Positions 29,781-44,754 of a stretch of DNA of 64,000 bases are shown here, in pieces. How positions within the stretch are numbered: position 1 is the stretch's first letter; each line of letters starts with the position of its first letter. The notes beneath the pieces are model-generated. The model did not search any database. It was not told the origin of the DNA and worked only from the letters and a program-made list of their open reading frames with translations. The translations under genes were made by a program, and so were the position numbers. Source of the DNA: Eledone cirrhosa (lineage: Eukaryota); the NCBI GenBank assembly GCA_964016885.1, contig OZ024746.1, positions 71,858,001 through 71,922,000 of the forward strand, in the 5' to 3' direction.

Positions 29781-30306
29781 TAAAACAATGTATTTCTAAG
29801 CACTCTTTGGTTATTCCCATAACTACATATATATATATATATATATATTGTTATACTTGGGAAGGGTCATATTGTTGTAATAATATTGCCAGAAATAATA
29901 ATACAATAATATGACCCTCCCCAAGTATAACAATATTTGTTTCGACACACGATTTCATATCAAAAACATTGCAAAACATATATATATATATGTGTCACTA
30001 TTGGAATTGAATAATCAAAACCGTAGCGGTATGTCGGATATCCAATCTTATATATTTTATCTGATGAAAACGTACTTAAACACCATTGTACCTTTGAAAT
30101 ATATTTTGATTATGAGAATAGTTTTCATTTATTAATATTTTGAATAATATATATATGTCAAAATGAAACTTCGATCTCTCACTTTATGTATATTCATATA
30201 CATACATGCAATATATATATAATATATATATATATATAATATATATATATATATATAATATATAATAATATATAAGATCAAAAGATGGTTAAAAGAGTTC
30301 CATGTA

Positions 30307-30373
30307 TTTTATTATGCGCATTTCAAAAACAAATATCATCATGCAATAACATTTGCGTTTTCGTCAGATAAAA
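30307..30373 (-). ncRNA. Minimal type I hammerhead ribozyme motif
   Basis: Minus strand: TTTTAT-CTGACGA-AAACGCAAATG...TATTTGTTTTT-GAAA-TGCGCA-TA-ATAAAA. Stem I is 6 bp and stem III is the palindrome TGCGCA. Confidence 0.75.
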
Positions 30374-30691
30374 TAGGGAGACATGATATGAAGGTTAAAA
30401 CACACTTGTGAATAGTGCAGTTTTAAATCAACATATTGATTTATTGTACTACAATAAAACTCACCTCCTACATATATATTATATATATATATATATATAT
30501 ATTGCATGTATGTATATGTATATACATAAAGTGAGAGATCGAAGTTTCATTTTGACATATTTATTCTTGACATATTTATTCTTCGTCAGACGTAAAATGT
30601 GTTCGCAGATGAACATCTCGAGGTCTTAATCTATACGATCGACCTGTTTCTGGTATCGATCTGCTCGGCAAACGCCAAGTATAAAGACATA

Positions 30692-31080
30692 TCAAATAGA
30701 AACTGATATTTGTCTGGTCTGACTCTCAATGCCAAAGTTCGGTACTAGCCCTTCCAGGATCTTCCATACGTATATCACTGCGTATCTCTCCCATCTTCGC
30801 ACCAGGGAGTATAGTTTTAGTTTTTTCAGCTTCTCCCAGTAGCTCATCTCTTTTATCGAGGCAATCCTCCCGGTGTAGTTTCGTTGGATTGCTTCAAGTT
30901 CTGCGGTTAATTTGACACGGTGGGGCGACCACAGCTGAGAGCAGAAGTCCAGTCGGCTTAGGACGAAAGTCATCCAGTGGATCAACATGGTTTCCGGGTC
31001 TCTTGTCCTGAAAGTCCTCAGATTCCAATCTGCAAGTCGTCTGCAGATGATGTCATTTTGGTTATGTGTACATGAAACGA
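30692..31080 (-). mobile_element. CR1/L2-group LINE ORF2 fragment (downstream of RT)
   Basis: FVLSRLDFCSQLWSPH...LEAIQRNYT.RI....MSYWEKLKKLKLYSL.RR.ERY..IYVWKIL is typical of the CR1-group post-RT region. Confidence 0.8.
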
Positions 31081-31186
31081 GGCATCAATGCTTATGTCAA
31101 TACCCAGGTCCCGCATTGATTTTTATTAGGGGATTTCAATTTCTCATGATCAAGTGTACCTTTGTCGTAGTGGGCCTATGTCTGTG

Positions 31187-31244
<58 letters not shown>

Positions 31245-31528
31245 CTCTGTACTTTAATTTATTATATCATGATTTACTTACTAGAATGACCTGTTCTACC
31301 CATTGATAAACCACACGATTTATATATATATATATATAAACCAAAATTAAAAGTTCAACACATTTAATTACTGCCAATTATTTCTCCCTATAACAATCAC
31401 TGGCGATTGTTTCAATTGTTTCTTCTCTTTAAAGAATTCCAGATAGAATTATACTGACTCTGCTTCATCCTATTTTAGCATTGAGCTAAAATGCAAATGG
31501 GTAAAATTTACTCTCATAAATATTACTA

Positions 31529-31575
<47 letters not shown>

Positions 31576-31582
<7 letters not shown>

Positions 31583-31926
31583 TAATGAAATGACAGGAGG
31601 CTGGATTTGTGTAAATCCTTGAAAGGTTTATTATACTATGGTCATTTCAATGACCGGGTTCCGTATGAATCCGGTGATATCATCAGGTATTCGAAATATA
31701 ATACGTGAATGTAATAGATAAAATCCATGGGAGCAGAATAGCGGTCGCCCTCGAGTCCTCGATTTTCAGCCCCATGGATTTTATCTATTACATTCACGTA
31801 TTATATTTCGAATACCTGATGATATCACCGGATTCATACGGAACCCGGTCATTGAAATGATCATAGTATAATAAACCTTTCAAGGATTTACACAAATCCA
31901 GCCTCCTGTCATTTCATTATAATATT
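31576..31926. repeat. Fold-back inverted repeat (~155-bp arms) with a hammerhead in each arm
   Basis: 31576-31730 versus 31772-31926; abuts (TA)n. Confidence 0.92.
31812..31870 (+). ncRNA. Minimal type I hammerhead ribozyme motif
   Basis: ATAC-CTGATGA-TATCACCGGATTC...GAACCCGGTCATT-GAAA-TGATCA-TA-GTAT then AATAAA. Stem III is the palindrome TGATCA. Confidence 0.8.
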
Positions 31927-32216
31927 TAACTCCGTAATAGCACCACCAACTACAAAAACAAAGACGGTTGAACTGCTTTACGTTGAGTACTCTCTATATT
32001 ATTACATTACGATTGACCATACGGAATAGACCAGCTCTATACAGTGGTGAACCTCAAACCTGAATATATATATATATATATATAGTAAGGTGCATTATTG
32101 GTTGTGTAAAATGGTCCAATAAATTTATGTTAGCAATATTAAGTTCCCACGCTTTTGTATACCTCCAATTCCATTCGAGGGAACAGCTAGATGATGTAAA
32201 ACGGAGTATAAGTATC

Positions 32217-32510
32217 AAAATGAAAATCCGAAGGCATGGTAAAATTCCAATCATTTAATCACGACACATGTTTCAATAAGAGATAGATCGATTGTGAAGC
32301 CATGATCGATTATCACATATGAGGGAATGAATTCTGTGAGAGAACATCGTTATTTTTTTCTCCCTCATATCAAGAATTTGAAGACAATTCATTTTCACCT
32401 GATGAGATCAGTCATAATCGATCATGGCTTCACAATCGATCTATCTCTTATTGAAACATGTGTCGTGATTAAATGATTGGATTTTTACCTTGCCTTCGGA
32501 TTTTCATTTT
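32217..32510. repeat. Inverted repeat (~97-bp arms, ~100-nt spacer) with a hammerhead
   Basis: 32217-32313 versus 32414-32510, followed by (TA)n. Confidence 0.88.
32395..32468 (+). ncRNA. Minimal hammerhead ribozyme motif (GUC cleavage site)
   Basis: TCAC-CTGATGA-[stem II ~47 nt]-GAAA-CATGTG-TC-GTGA then TTAAA. Confidence 0.75.
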
Positions 32511-32555
32511 AATATATATATATATATATATATTTAATATATATATATATTTATC

Positions 32556-32620
<65 letters not shown>

Positions 32621-32634
32621 ATATGCATATATGT

Positions 32635-32704
<70 letters not shown>

Positions 32705-32944
32705 AACGGTATTGACAATAATTACGGAAATAACGTTGAATATATTTAGTTTTTCGGGGTCCAGGGATTGGTATGTCATATATACCAGGATTGCACGATA
32801 TATGAACGATCATACAAATTGGAAAATTTGCTTTTTGGTAAATTTATGGTTTTCATAGGAGAAAGACTACTGTTTATGTTGATTACTGGCACGTGAAAGT
32901 GATTAAAAACAGAACTGATATCTTGATAATTTATTTTTAGAATA

Positions 32945-33845
32945 ACATCACAACTTATAATTAAGGACAAAATGAAAACACACACGCACATAGAACAAAC
33001 AACCAACCAGTACCATGTAAATAAACAAATAAATAAACGAATATAAACACACACAGACACCCGGATGTAGCACATGCGCAAACTAAGCACACAACACACA
33101 CACACAAACAAGATGGCGTAGGACAGAACAAAGGAGAGGCACAAAAAACAAAGAAAAGAATCCCCAGTCACTGAAGAGGTCACAGAATGTGTGACGAAAG
33201 AACTTTGACAATATATAAACAACCATCTGGTTGTGGAAACAACCAACCAACCGGAAATTTATAAATTCCTAAATTTATAAATTTATTATAATAAATTGAA
33301 GTGAAAGCAACTGGTGCGTGTGTTTCTTATTGGCAACATGACCCTCCCAAAGTGTAACAATATCGGTTTCAACACACGTTTTCAGATAATGAATCTTGCT
33401 AAACAAATTCAGAAACGAAATATTTTTAGAATATAATTACCTAAATATTCGGTTTGTATGTACAAAAAATGACATACAAGATTATATGAGTAACGCTGGA
33501 GAAATAGTTATTTACAGGGACAGATGTAGTGTTAGAACCCTGGGTTCTATGATTGGAAATGGAACTTCTTATTGTAGCAATTTGTATCTTATTGGCAACA
33601 TGACCCTCCCAAAGTGTAACAATATCGGTTTCAACACACGTTTTCAGATAAAGAATCTTGCTAAACAAATTCAGAAACGAAATATTTTTAGAACATAATT
33701 ACATAAATATTCGGTTTGTATGTACAAATGACATACAAGATTATATGAGTAACGCTGGAGAAATAGTTATTTACAGGGACAGATGTAGTGTTAGAACCCT
33801 GGGTTCTATGATTGGAAATGGAACTTCTTATTGTAGCAATTTGAT
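32945..33845 (+). mobile_element. Second PLE pseudo-LTR copy with intact hammerhead core and a tandemly duplicated ~260-bp downstream segment
   Basis: Near-identical to 14915-15378. GTCA-CTGAAGA-GGTCACAGAATGTGTGAC-GAAA-GAACTT-TGAC at ~33167-33209. 33325-33585 is repeated as 33586-33842. Confidence 0.82.
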
Positions 33846-33982
33846 TGATATAGCAAATGCTTTGTATGTATGGTGTGTGTGTGTGTTTGGGAGCGTTCAT
33901 TTTAAAGAATTACAGACGTATTTATAGAAAGATGAATATACAAACACATGCAGCTTATTAATACCGTTGATATATATATAGC

Positions 33983-34056
<74 letters not shown>

Positions 34057-34114
34057 TGTGTGAGTGTCAGTGTATGAGTGCATGTGCATATGTATGTATA
34101 TATATATATATATA

Positions 34115-34153
<39 letters not shown>

Positions 34154-34236
34154 CTGTGTCTGTGTCTGTATTTGTGTGTCTGTGTGAGTGTCAGTGTATG
34201 AGTGCATGTGCATATGTATGTATATATATATATATA

Positions 34237-34268
<32 letters not shown>

Positions 34269-34446
34269 TATTTGTATCTGTGTCTGTATCTGTGTGTCTG
34301 TGTGAGTGTCAGTGTATGAGTGCGCGTGCATTTGTGTGTATATATATATATGTGTGTGAGTGTGTGTGTGTGTGTGTGTATTTGTATCTGTGTCTGTATC
34401 TGTGTGTCTGTGTGTGTGAGTGTCAGTGTATGAGTGCGCGTGCATT

Positions 34447-34503
<57 letters not shown>

Positions 34504-34567
34504 AAGTATATGTGAGGACCCAAGCCACAATTACTACAATCTTCACTGCTATTACGACCTTCTCAAA

Positions 34568-35570
34568 AACACCACCACCACAGCCACCACCACAGCCACC
34601 ACCACCACAGCCACCACCACACCCACCATCACCAACCACCACCACCAACCACCACCACAGCCACCACCACAGCCACCACCACCAACCACCACCACAGCCA
34701 CCACCACACCCACCATCACCAACCACCACCACCAACCACCACCACAGCCACCACCACAGCCACCACCACCAACCACCACCACAGCCACCACCACCAACCA
34801 CCACAGCCACCACCACCACAGCCACCACCACCAACCACCACTACAGCCACCACCACAGCCACCACAGCCACCACCAACCACCATCACAGCCACCACCACC
34901 ACAGCCACCACCACCAACCACCACCACAGCCACCACCACCAACCACCATCACAACCACCACTACAGCCACCACCACAGCCACCACAGCCACCACCACCAA
35001 CCACCATCACAGCCACCACCACCACAGCCACCACGACCACAGCCACCACAGCCACCACCACCAACCACCATCACAGCCACCACCACCACAGCCACCACCA
35101 CCAACCACCATCACAACCACCACTACAGCCACCACCACAGCCACCACAGCCACCACCACCAACCACCATCACAGCCACCACCACCAACCACCATCACAGC
35201 CACCACCACCAACCACCATCACAACCACCACTACAGTCACCACCACAGCCACCACCACAGCCACCACCACCAACCACCATCACAGCCACCACCACCAACC
35301 ACCACCACAGCCACCACCACCAACCACCATCACAACCACCACTACAGCCACCACCACAGCCACCACAGCCACCACCACCAACCACCATCACAGCCACCAC
35401 CACCACAGCCACCACCACCAACCACCATCACAGCCACCACCACCACAGCCACCACAGCCACCACACCCACCATCACCAACCACCACCACCAACCACCACC
35501 ACAGCCACCACCACCAACCACCACCACAGCCACCACAGCCACCACCACCAACCACCATCACAACCACCAT
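34568..35570. repeat. (CCA)n-derived minisatellite (CCACCACAG/CCACCAA/CCATCACAG units)
   Basis: Seen directly; source of the spurious poly-P/T/H ORFs. Confidence 0.92.
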
Positions 35571-36377
35571 TACTCACACATAAATATATATACAGTGATT
35601 GCTGTTGTATTACGTTGAGTACGTCCTAGGCAGAAGTGATTACTCAGACAGAGCCCTTCACAGAGTAAAGAGTGTCCCCATATACAGTAAAATGTCACGT
35701 TTGCTCCCTATTATTAAAGTCCCATATCCCCCAACGTCACCCAACTAATTCGCATATCTCCACACATACACACATATGAACACACATACAATCACATGCA
35801 TATATACACACACCTTTGATTTTTTTTTTCTTTCTCCCTATACATACAAATAGCAAAGCTATCTAAACTATCTCTTTCTATATATGTGCTTGTGGATGTT
35901 TGTATGTATTTGTGTGTGTATGTATGTATGCATGTGTGTATATGTATGTATGTATGTATGTAAAAAAAGGTTTCAAGCCCAGAGGATAGTTAAAGCCGGT
36001 TCTTATCCTAGTTTCCTGGACAGGAGGACACGAGTCCATCGCAAGATTAAACCCCAAGCTGTTGCCCGTACTTGTTTTTAGCTGAGTGGACTTGAATAAT
36101 GTGAAATGAGTTCTTCTCCAGAAATCTAACCAACGGTATATTGATCGTAAGTCCAACACTCTTACCAGGTCACACGCCTTTATATATATATATATATTTA
36201 TATATATAAACATCCATCTCTAATTAAAAACACACCCAAAATACTAAATGTTTGCACTCTGAACAGGTAATTGCAGTTGCATAACTGCAATTCACTAGAT
36301 TTGTTGAGCGAGCTAGACGCTAGCCGAAGAACGCTGTATTTATACCAGCGATCTTCGTTTATATATATATATATATA

Positions 36378-36770
36378 TAAAATTGCAAATTTGAAGAACT
36401 ATTAGATAAAATATATACAGTATTTCCTCTCCTAGTCCGTATAAATCAACAACATAAAAATCATTTAAACGAGGCTATAAGTTTATGTGCATTTTTTTCT
36501 TCAAACTTCTATTTTGTGTAGTTAATTATTTGTGTAGTTAATTATTTGTCTAGTCAATTTCTACAGGTTAAAAGAAATAACTGGATAAATTTTATATGGC
36601 TGTACATCGTGGAAGATAGTCTGTATCATTTGTCTATTATTTCTCCATAGTTACATTTTAAACTTATAGCCTCGTTTAAATGATTTTTTTATGTGGTTGA
36701 TTTATACGGACTAGGAGAGGAAATACTGTATATATTTTATCTAATAGTTCTTCAAACTTGCAATTTTATA
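36378..36770. repeat. Inverted repeat (~107-bp arms, ~175-nt spacer) in TA context
   Basis: 36378-36484 versus 36659-36770. Confidence 0.85.
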
Positions 36771-36889
36771 TATAGCTCTGATTAATGATTATTTGCTTAA
36801 TTGATTCTTCATTGAGCAACACCGTGAAAGGTAACCAAACTCATATATGTATCTGTGACTATGTCTAATTATATATATATACCCGTTTG

Positions 36890-36928
<39 letters not shown>

Positions 36929-37074
36929 CAATCGGGGGTAACCACAGTAACTAAATAAGGTACTCAATACATAGCAGAGTATAAATATTTAATATAGAAA
37001 TAGCTTCTACAGGACTAGAACTGTTTCATTCGGGTGAAATCATTCCGATAATTTCACCCGATAATTTCTATACT

Positions 37075-37118
<44 letters not shown>

Positions 37119-37559
37119 GTATGTATACATATATATATATATAGGAATCGATCGACTTTCGTCAAATCGGACCGAGGAAACAATGTTTCCATTGGTCTTT
37201 CCAATTGCTAATACTGTCTATCGGTCCCAACTCCAGGTAGACGGAGCAACGTGAAATAAAGTGTCTTGCTCAAGGACATAACGCATCGCCCGGTTCGGGA
37301 ATCGAACTCACAACCTCATATATATATATATATATATAATGATGTGCTTATGTGCCAAAATGCTAAAGAATACCCTATAAAATAAGGGGAAGTCCCTTAA
37401 AAAACGGAAAAAGAGGTTGGCATTGGGCGCTATTTTATAGCATCCCGGCGCATGAGTACATCATTCTTTATATTCTCAGAGCTTAAAAATCCGAGGCTCG
37501 GGTCTCTTTGTAGTAAAAAGAAGGAGTGGTATGTGCCGTCCAGGTCAACTGAGGCCTCT

Positions 37560-37745
37560 CAAATTCCCCACCGTTCTTTGGTCAGGCTTCTTGCCTACAG
37601 TCGCTAGCTTGCGGTGTCATTCTTTACAAAACTTCATCCTAACCTTCACCACCACTTGCAGTCCCTCACCACTGTTCAGCACCTTCATCCTCTCTTCCAC
37701 TGCATCAGCCAGTACTCTAAGAACCTGGTTATGCAGTCATGTGTA
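37560..37745 (-). mobile_element. Short fragment of a HERO-like RLE non-LTR element
   Basis: Minus strand reads HNQVLRVLADAVEERMKVLN, resembling the (R)HNQVLxxLA motif after the CCHC finger of HERO-type elements. Short and degraded. Confidence 0.45.
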
Positions 37746-38104
37746 GCTATTATTCAGTCCTAAATGAAAAGTCAGCATTGTATAAATATAGGGCTTTTAA
37801 AACAGATTTTCTTATCAAAACTTAAGATCTATCTCTAAAGAAACCTTTTTCTTTCTTTCTTTCTTTCTTTCTTCTTTCTTTCTTTTTGTTTGTTTGTTTC
37901 TTTCTTTTTCTTTCTTTTTTTTCTTTTTTCTTTCTTTATTTTTCTTTCTTTTTTTCTTTCCTTCTTCCTTTCTTTCTTTTTTCTTACTTTTTCTTTTTCT
38001 TTCTCTCTTTCTTCCTTTCTTTTTTGTGTATTTCTTCGTTTATATATTTATTCACTCCTACACTTTAGCACTGCACATGAACGTGACCTCTGTCACTTCC
38101 GAAA

Positions 38105-38920
38105 CCACCGCCACACACCACCTCACACCATCACCACCACCACAAACCTATCACATCACCACCACCACCACCACCACAAACCTATCACATCACCACCACT
38201 ACCACACACCTATCACATCACCACCACCACCACCACCACCACAAACCTATCACATCACCACCACCACCACCACACACCTATCACATCACTACTACCACCA
38301 CCACCACAAACCTATCACATCACCACCACCACCACACACCTATCACATCACCGCCACCACCACCACCACCACAAACCTATCACATCACCGCCACCACCAC
38401 CACCACCACAAACCTATCACATCACCACCACCACCACCACACACCTATCACATCACCGCCACCACCACCACCACCACAAACCTATCACATCACCACCACC
38501 ACCCACCACCACACACCTATCACATCACCGCCACCACCACCACCACCACAAACCTATCACATCACCGCCACCATCACCACCACCACAAACCTATCACATC
38601 ACCACCACCACCACCACCACACACCTATCACATCACCGCCACCACCACCACCACCACACACCTATCACATCACCGCCACCACCACCACACACCTATCACA
38701 TCACCACCACCACCACCACCACCACCACACCTATCACATCACCACCACCACCACCACCACAAACCTATCACATCAGCACCACCACCACCACCACCACCAC
38801 ACACCTATCACATCACCACCACCACCACCACCACCACCACACCTATCACATCAGCACCACCACCACCACCACACACCTATCACATCACCACCACCACCAC
38901 CACCACCACCACACACCTCA
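38105..38920. repeat. Minisatellite (CAC)n-A(A/C)ACCTATCACAT, ~27-36 nt unit
   Basis: About 25 units with an invariant ACCTATCACAT core and variable (CAC)n length. Confidence 0.93.
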
Positions 38921-40394
38921 CATCATTATTATCACCATTTTCATCTCTAACCATTCAAATAACATCATCGCAGGACCTGGTACCTCATCCCCTATCCCCC
39001 CCCCCTCCCCCGGCATCACCATCACCACTGCCACCTCACCCACAACCCCACACAACCCCCGCAAATCAGTGCTTCCACTTCCCGCTCTAATCATCCATTC
39101 ACACATTTCTACACACCATTACCACCGCCACCACCACCATCACCATTACCACCGCCACCACCACCATCACCATTACCACCGCCACCACCACCACCACCGC
39201 CAACAACAACACAATTTCGACAAAACCCACCACCAGCCCCTCCAGCCACATCACTCTAATCACCACCACCACCACCACCATCATTTCCACCATCACCACC
39301 ACCATCAACATCATTCCCACCACCACCACCATCATCATTACCACCACCACACTCACAATACCATCACATAACATCATTCAATGTTAAGTAGGACTAAGGG
39401 TGCACGACTACCACCACCACCACCACCACCACCACCACCATCACCACCATCATTATCACCAACACCAGATATACATACAGATACATACACATACATACAT
39501 ATGCACCACACACATACACACATACATACCTACATACATACATACATATGCACATACATACATACATACATATACACATACATACATACATACATACATA
39601 CATACATACATACATACATACATACATACATACATACATACATACACATACATATACACATACATAGATACATACATATATACATGATGGCTGCCCCTCG
39701 TTATCGAGTATGGCCATTGCACGATATACCATTATTAATAATTATTAATTAATTCTATCGTGCAATGCCTGTGCGTGAAGATATTTTTTAAAGTGAGGAA
39801 AGACTGTGCACTGAGCCAATCCCATTCTCTGAGTGACAGTAGCTATAACTCGAAAAGAAGAAAAGATCAACATTATCGGTAACTACTGAGCCGCAGGTTT
39901 TATATCGGAGTTATCCCAGTTTCCTGTGTTGCCTTCTCCTAGAAGAATGCCCTGACAAAGGCTAGGGGGTCCTTTACTCCCAGTGGTTTAACCGCGCGAT
40001 CGGGTGTCCATCCCGATCTTTTCTATGTCCCTGCGCATATACATACACATGCACCCATGCATATACACATATACATATACATACACATGTACATGTGTAT
40101 ATACATATTTACAAACTTTGGGATGGCCGTTGAACCTTATGAGTTCTTCCGCCCTTCGTCAGGTTTTGTTTTTTGTCCTGCAGCGTGTCCAAAATCACCC
40201 TCCTCACCAAGTCAACTTGGTGGGTTGCCGGTTTAGTCGCCGACGACCCGACCATGCGACAGGTTGTACTGGGTTGCATGTTACCAGAATCACTCAAGAG
40301 TGACCCGACATACATACATACATACATACATACATACATACATACATACATACATACATACACACATACACACATACATACATACATGCATACA

Positions 40395-40610
40395 TGGTGG
40401 CTGCCAACTCGTTTTCGAGTACGGCCACTACTTTATATCCATGTAGGAGAACCGCTACCGATGCGCTGAACGACTGTGACTTTTTAGTCCAGCCACCGAC
40501 TTGAAAACTCTGGTACAAACACTACACTTGTGTCAATAATTGTCACATAGTGCTGGACCCTTGGTACCATGTGACGACAAGTGCAGAGAGATCTCCAGAT
40601 ATAAAGCAAT
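40395..40610 (+). mobile_element. Unclassified interspersed repeat, with an inverted copy at ~45000-45215
   Basis: TGGTGGCTGCCAACTCGTTTTCGAGTACGGCCAC...GAGATCTCCAGATATAAAGCAAT matches the reverse complement of 44999-45214. Confidence 0.75.
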
Positions 40611-41260
40611 GCCTGTTCCGTGAAGCTTTTATAGTGAGCAAAGGCACTGCACAAAGCCAGTCCCACTCTCTTAACCAAGATGATATTTACCAAAAAGAAG
40701 AACAAGTCAACATCATTGGATACCATCAGGGTTGCAGGTGTTATATCAGAGTTTTCCTTCTCCTAGAATTCTGCCTTGACAAAGGCTAAGGGGTCATCTC
40801 TCCTGGTGATTTTGGATGGCCATTGACTCTTAAGAGCTCCTTTGCCCTTTGACAGGTTTTGTTTTTAGTCCTGCAGGATGTCCAAAGTCACCCTCCTCAC
40901 CAAGAAACCTTGGTGGGGTTGCCAGTTTAGTCGCCAACGACCCGACCATGGGACATACATACATACATACATACATACATACATACATACATACATACAT
41001 ACATACATACATACATTTTATATGAATATATCTGTAGTGTATCTAGTTAACCAGACATACAGGACATTCGGGTCAAACAGCGACAGTGTCGCTGTTTCAA
41101 ACTTGTTACATCTCATCAGAGGTGAGTGCCACCACCACCACCACTACTACTAACACCACCACTACTACTAACACCACCACTACTACTACAACCACCACTA
41201 CTACTACAATCACCACTACTACTACCACCACCACAAATACTACTGCTGCTACTACTACTG

Positions 41261-41293
<33 letters not shown>

Positions 41294-41858
41294 ATAATAA
41301 TAATAATAATAATACTACTACTGCTGCTGCTACTACATCAACACAAAAGCGCATGGCTTAATGATTAGCGTGTACTCACGATCTGAAGTTATTGGTTTCG
41401 GTTCCTGAACCTGACAACATGTTATTGTCTTGTACAAAATATTCTTGTCTATTCTGCCAAGAGCTTCGACCGTCAGATAATACTAACAATAGAAACAATG
41501 ATTTCTTGCTCCAAACTGTATAGAAAAGGAACCTATCTGACGATCGGAGCAAGGACATAATGTTTCCATCGGCCTTTCTATATATTTTTACTATTATCCA
41601 ACCAAATATACATTGAATACTACTCTGATTCTCGGTCTTCCCTGATTGAAAGCATGAAAACATCCTATATACATATATAACCATAGTTAAAATTATGCAT
41701 GTGTTTCTCCGTAGGGTGAATACAAGCTAAATATCAAGATATTTTTAGCTCCCCTAAGGAGATTTAGCATAAGTTAAATTATGTTTATATATGCCTCTGA
41801 TCTAGAGGCGCATATAAACGTATATTAGTCTCGAAAAACGTTTTCTTTTCCCTGTTTG

Positions 41859-41892
<34 letters not shown>

Positions 41893-41937
41893 ATTATGCG
41901 CCGTTTTGGGTGCATTAAATTACAGACATATATATAT

Positions 41938-42094
<157 letters not shown>

Positions 42095-42467
42095 ATGTAT
42101 TGGTAAAAGAAGGCAAATTTGTTGATGTTGAAAGATAAATACAAAAACGTTATGTTGCCTGCAAAAACAGGATACCTGTATTTTATCTCATATCTATATA
42201 TATCTATATACTACTAAAACTCTGTGATTGTGTGCTTGTCTGTAATTTAATACACCCAAAACGGTGCATAATGGGAAAATGCTTTGAAAGAAAGTTACCT
42301 CTGAAATGAGAATACAAATGGAATAAAACAAGTTTCGCGTAAATCGGAGCACGGTTTCAGGTACCTTCATAAATATAAGAGAAAGAAACAGAGAAAGAGA
42401 TACTTATTGTGAGAGAGTAGATTGAAAGAGAGAATGTGTATATACACACAAACACACACATACACAC

Positions 42468-42540
<73 letters not shown>

Positions 42541-42847
42541 GAAAAGTATAGAAATTGTTGTAGCGAGAAGCTAACAGTATTCCATAACATATATGTGATT
42601 ATAGCGTCAAAATGGGAAAATAGTTAACATAAGATATGGGAAAAATAATTCAGACTCAATTCAAAAGGAATCAGGATATAGATTTATCCAACAGAATTTA
42701 GAGAAATCCAGGGAAAAATCAATGGAGCCTTAACTCATGATAAAACAAAGTCTAAAGTACTCAACCTTCAATTTGGGACAACTTCAAATGCTCTGTATAG
42801 TCTTGAAAAGACTATTTCACGAAAACTTTCAGTGGAGATGGTCACGG

Positions 42848-42909
<62 letters not shown>

Positions 42910-43572
42910 GCCTTCCAATTTCATTTTACATTATATACTAGTCTGTATATTTTAATTATTTAAAAATTATTTTTAAGTGAACATGATTTTTTTTTTAGAT
43001 TTTTTTAAGTCATGTTCACTTAAAAATAATTTTTGAATAATTAAAATATACATATAAATATATATATATAAATATATTTAATACAATAACAGAGATAGCT
43101 TAACGCTAAACTCCGACTGGTAACCATCTCACTCAACAAACATTAGGTTATATGTTAGTATAACCCAATTTATGTGTTTGGGGTGCTAACTATATGTATT
43201 TTGTGGAAAGCCAGTTGTATTATTTTATGAGATATAATTAAAGTTAAAGTATATCTCTCTTTCCAAACAATTGTTTCACTATAAGTTTTCTACAAATTGG
43301 GAGAATGTTTCCAGTTTATGTAGAAGCCTAACATATATTCATGTAAGAATATATTTAGGTGGGCACTTATAAATCTTCAGTGGAAGCCCATTAAACTTTG
43401 ATATAAGAAAAAATTCTTACCGCAGTTAAAAATCGTGTCTGCTAAGCTGCTCCCTCACACATCGAATGACCGCCAAATTTGAAATTCCAGCAGTTTTTTG
43501 ACTGAGGAAGTTTCATAGCGTCACGAAGCGGGAAGGGGAGACAACCACGATACACGAGAAAAGAAAAAAATA

Positions 43573-43650
<78 letters not shown>

Positions 43651-43772
43651 TTATATACATATATTTATATGTTTATTGTAATTATTCAAAAATATCTATA
43701 TATTATATATATATATATATATGATTAGTTTTTTTCGTTGATTTTGGTACTGTATGGTTGGATTTTGCCTAT

Positions 43773-43920
43773 CGCAATTTTCAATTTGTCAAGCTTTTAA
43801 ACGTAATGTTATTACTCTAAGGACCTACCCTTATTGAGTGCTTTGCTACTCATTCCTTTTTGTAGGTCGGCTTTGCTTGGCCACAGCGAAAGCTTCGATT
43901 TTACTAAGCTTCCACTTGTA
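43773..43920 (+). repeat. ~150-bp interspersed repeat, with a direct copy at ~44783-44930
   Basis: GCAATTTTCAATTTGTCAAGC...AAGCTTCCACTTGTA occurs in both; each ends in a TA-rich tract. Confidence 0.8.
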
Positions 43921-43921
43921 C

Positions 43922-43992
<71 letters not shown>

Positions 43993-44084
43993 CATATGTG
44001 TGTGGGTGTGTAAACATACTATATTTATACTGCTGTCAAAAATACACACACATCTGTGTGTATAGATCTATATATACATACATG

Positions 44085-44146
<62 letters not shown>

Positions 44147-44574
44147 GTATATATGCGAGCATGTGTGTGTATACGTGTGTGGTTATATACGAAAAACGCG
44201 TGGGTGTAATGTCGGGTGGGACTAGACAGGGATGGGGGAAGCACTCCTCACCCCCAACAGCTTCCATCTTAAGGTCAGTTCTTCAGATGAAGCGCCCCTG
44301 GCGTCGGACCCAGACTCTTCCTTTTTCCCACGATGAAATTACGTGACCTTTTCCGTCTTGGAGACTTCATTCAGACAATTTCGTCAGTGTCACCGTCACC
44401 ATCATCATCATCATCACCATCACCATCATCATCATCATTATCATCATCATGGTTATCATCATGTTATTATCATCACTGTCATCATTACCATTATCATCAT
44501 TAGCATCGCTACTATCATCACCATCATTATCCTGATCAGTATCATACATACGTACATGTATGTGTACACACTAA

Positions 44575-44653
<79 letters not shown>

Positions 44654-44697
44654 GTCTTATTACTTCTACAATAACGCCACTACTATCACTACTATTG

Positions 44698-44754
<57 letters not shown>

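Noticed and set aside
30055-30110. Additional hammerhead (CTGATGA...GAAA)
   Set aside because: Stem II pairing is weak and stem I/III after GAAA is not convincing; probably decayed. The same applies to partial cores near 60048 and 62875.
34202-35629. Long 475/368-aa Pro/Thr/His-rich ORFs
   Set aside because: Stop-free translations of a (CCA)n-based minisatellite in several frames; no coding signature.
37890-39371. 493/398-aa His-rich ORFs, and a possible CRISPR-like look of the repeat
   Set aside because: This is a minisatellite whose 'spacers' are only variable (CAC)n. The context is eukaryotic and there are no cas genes.
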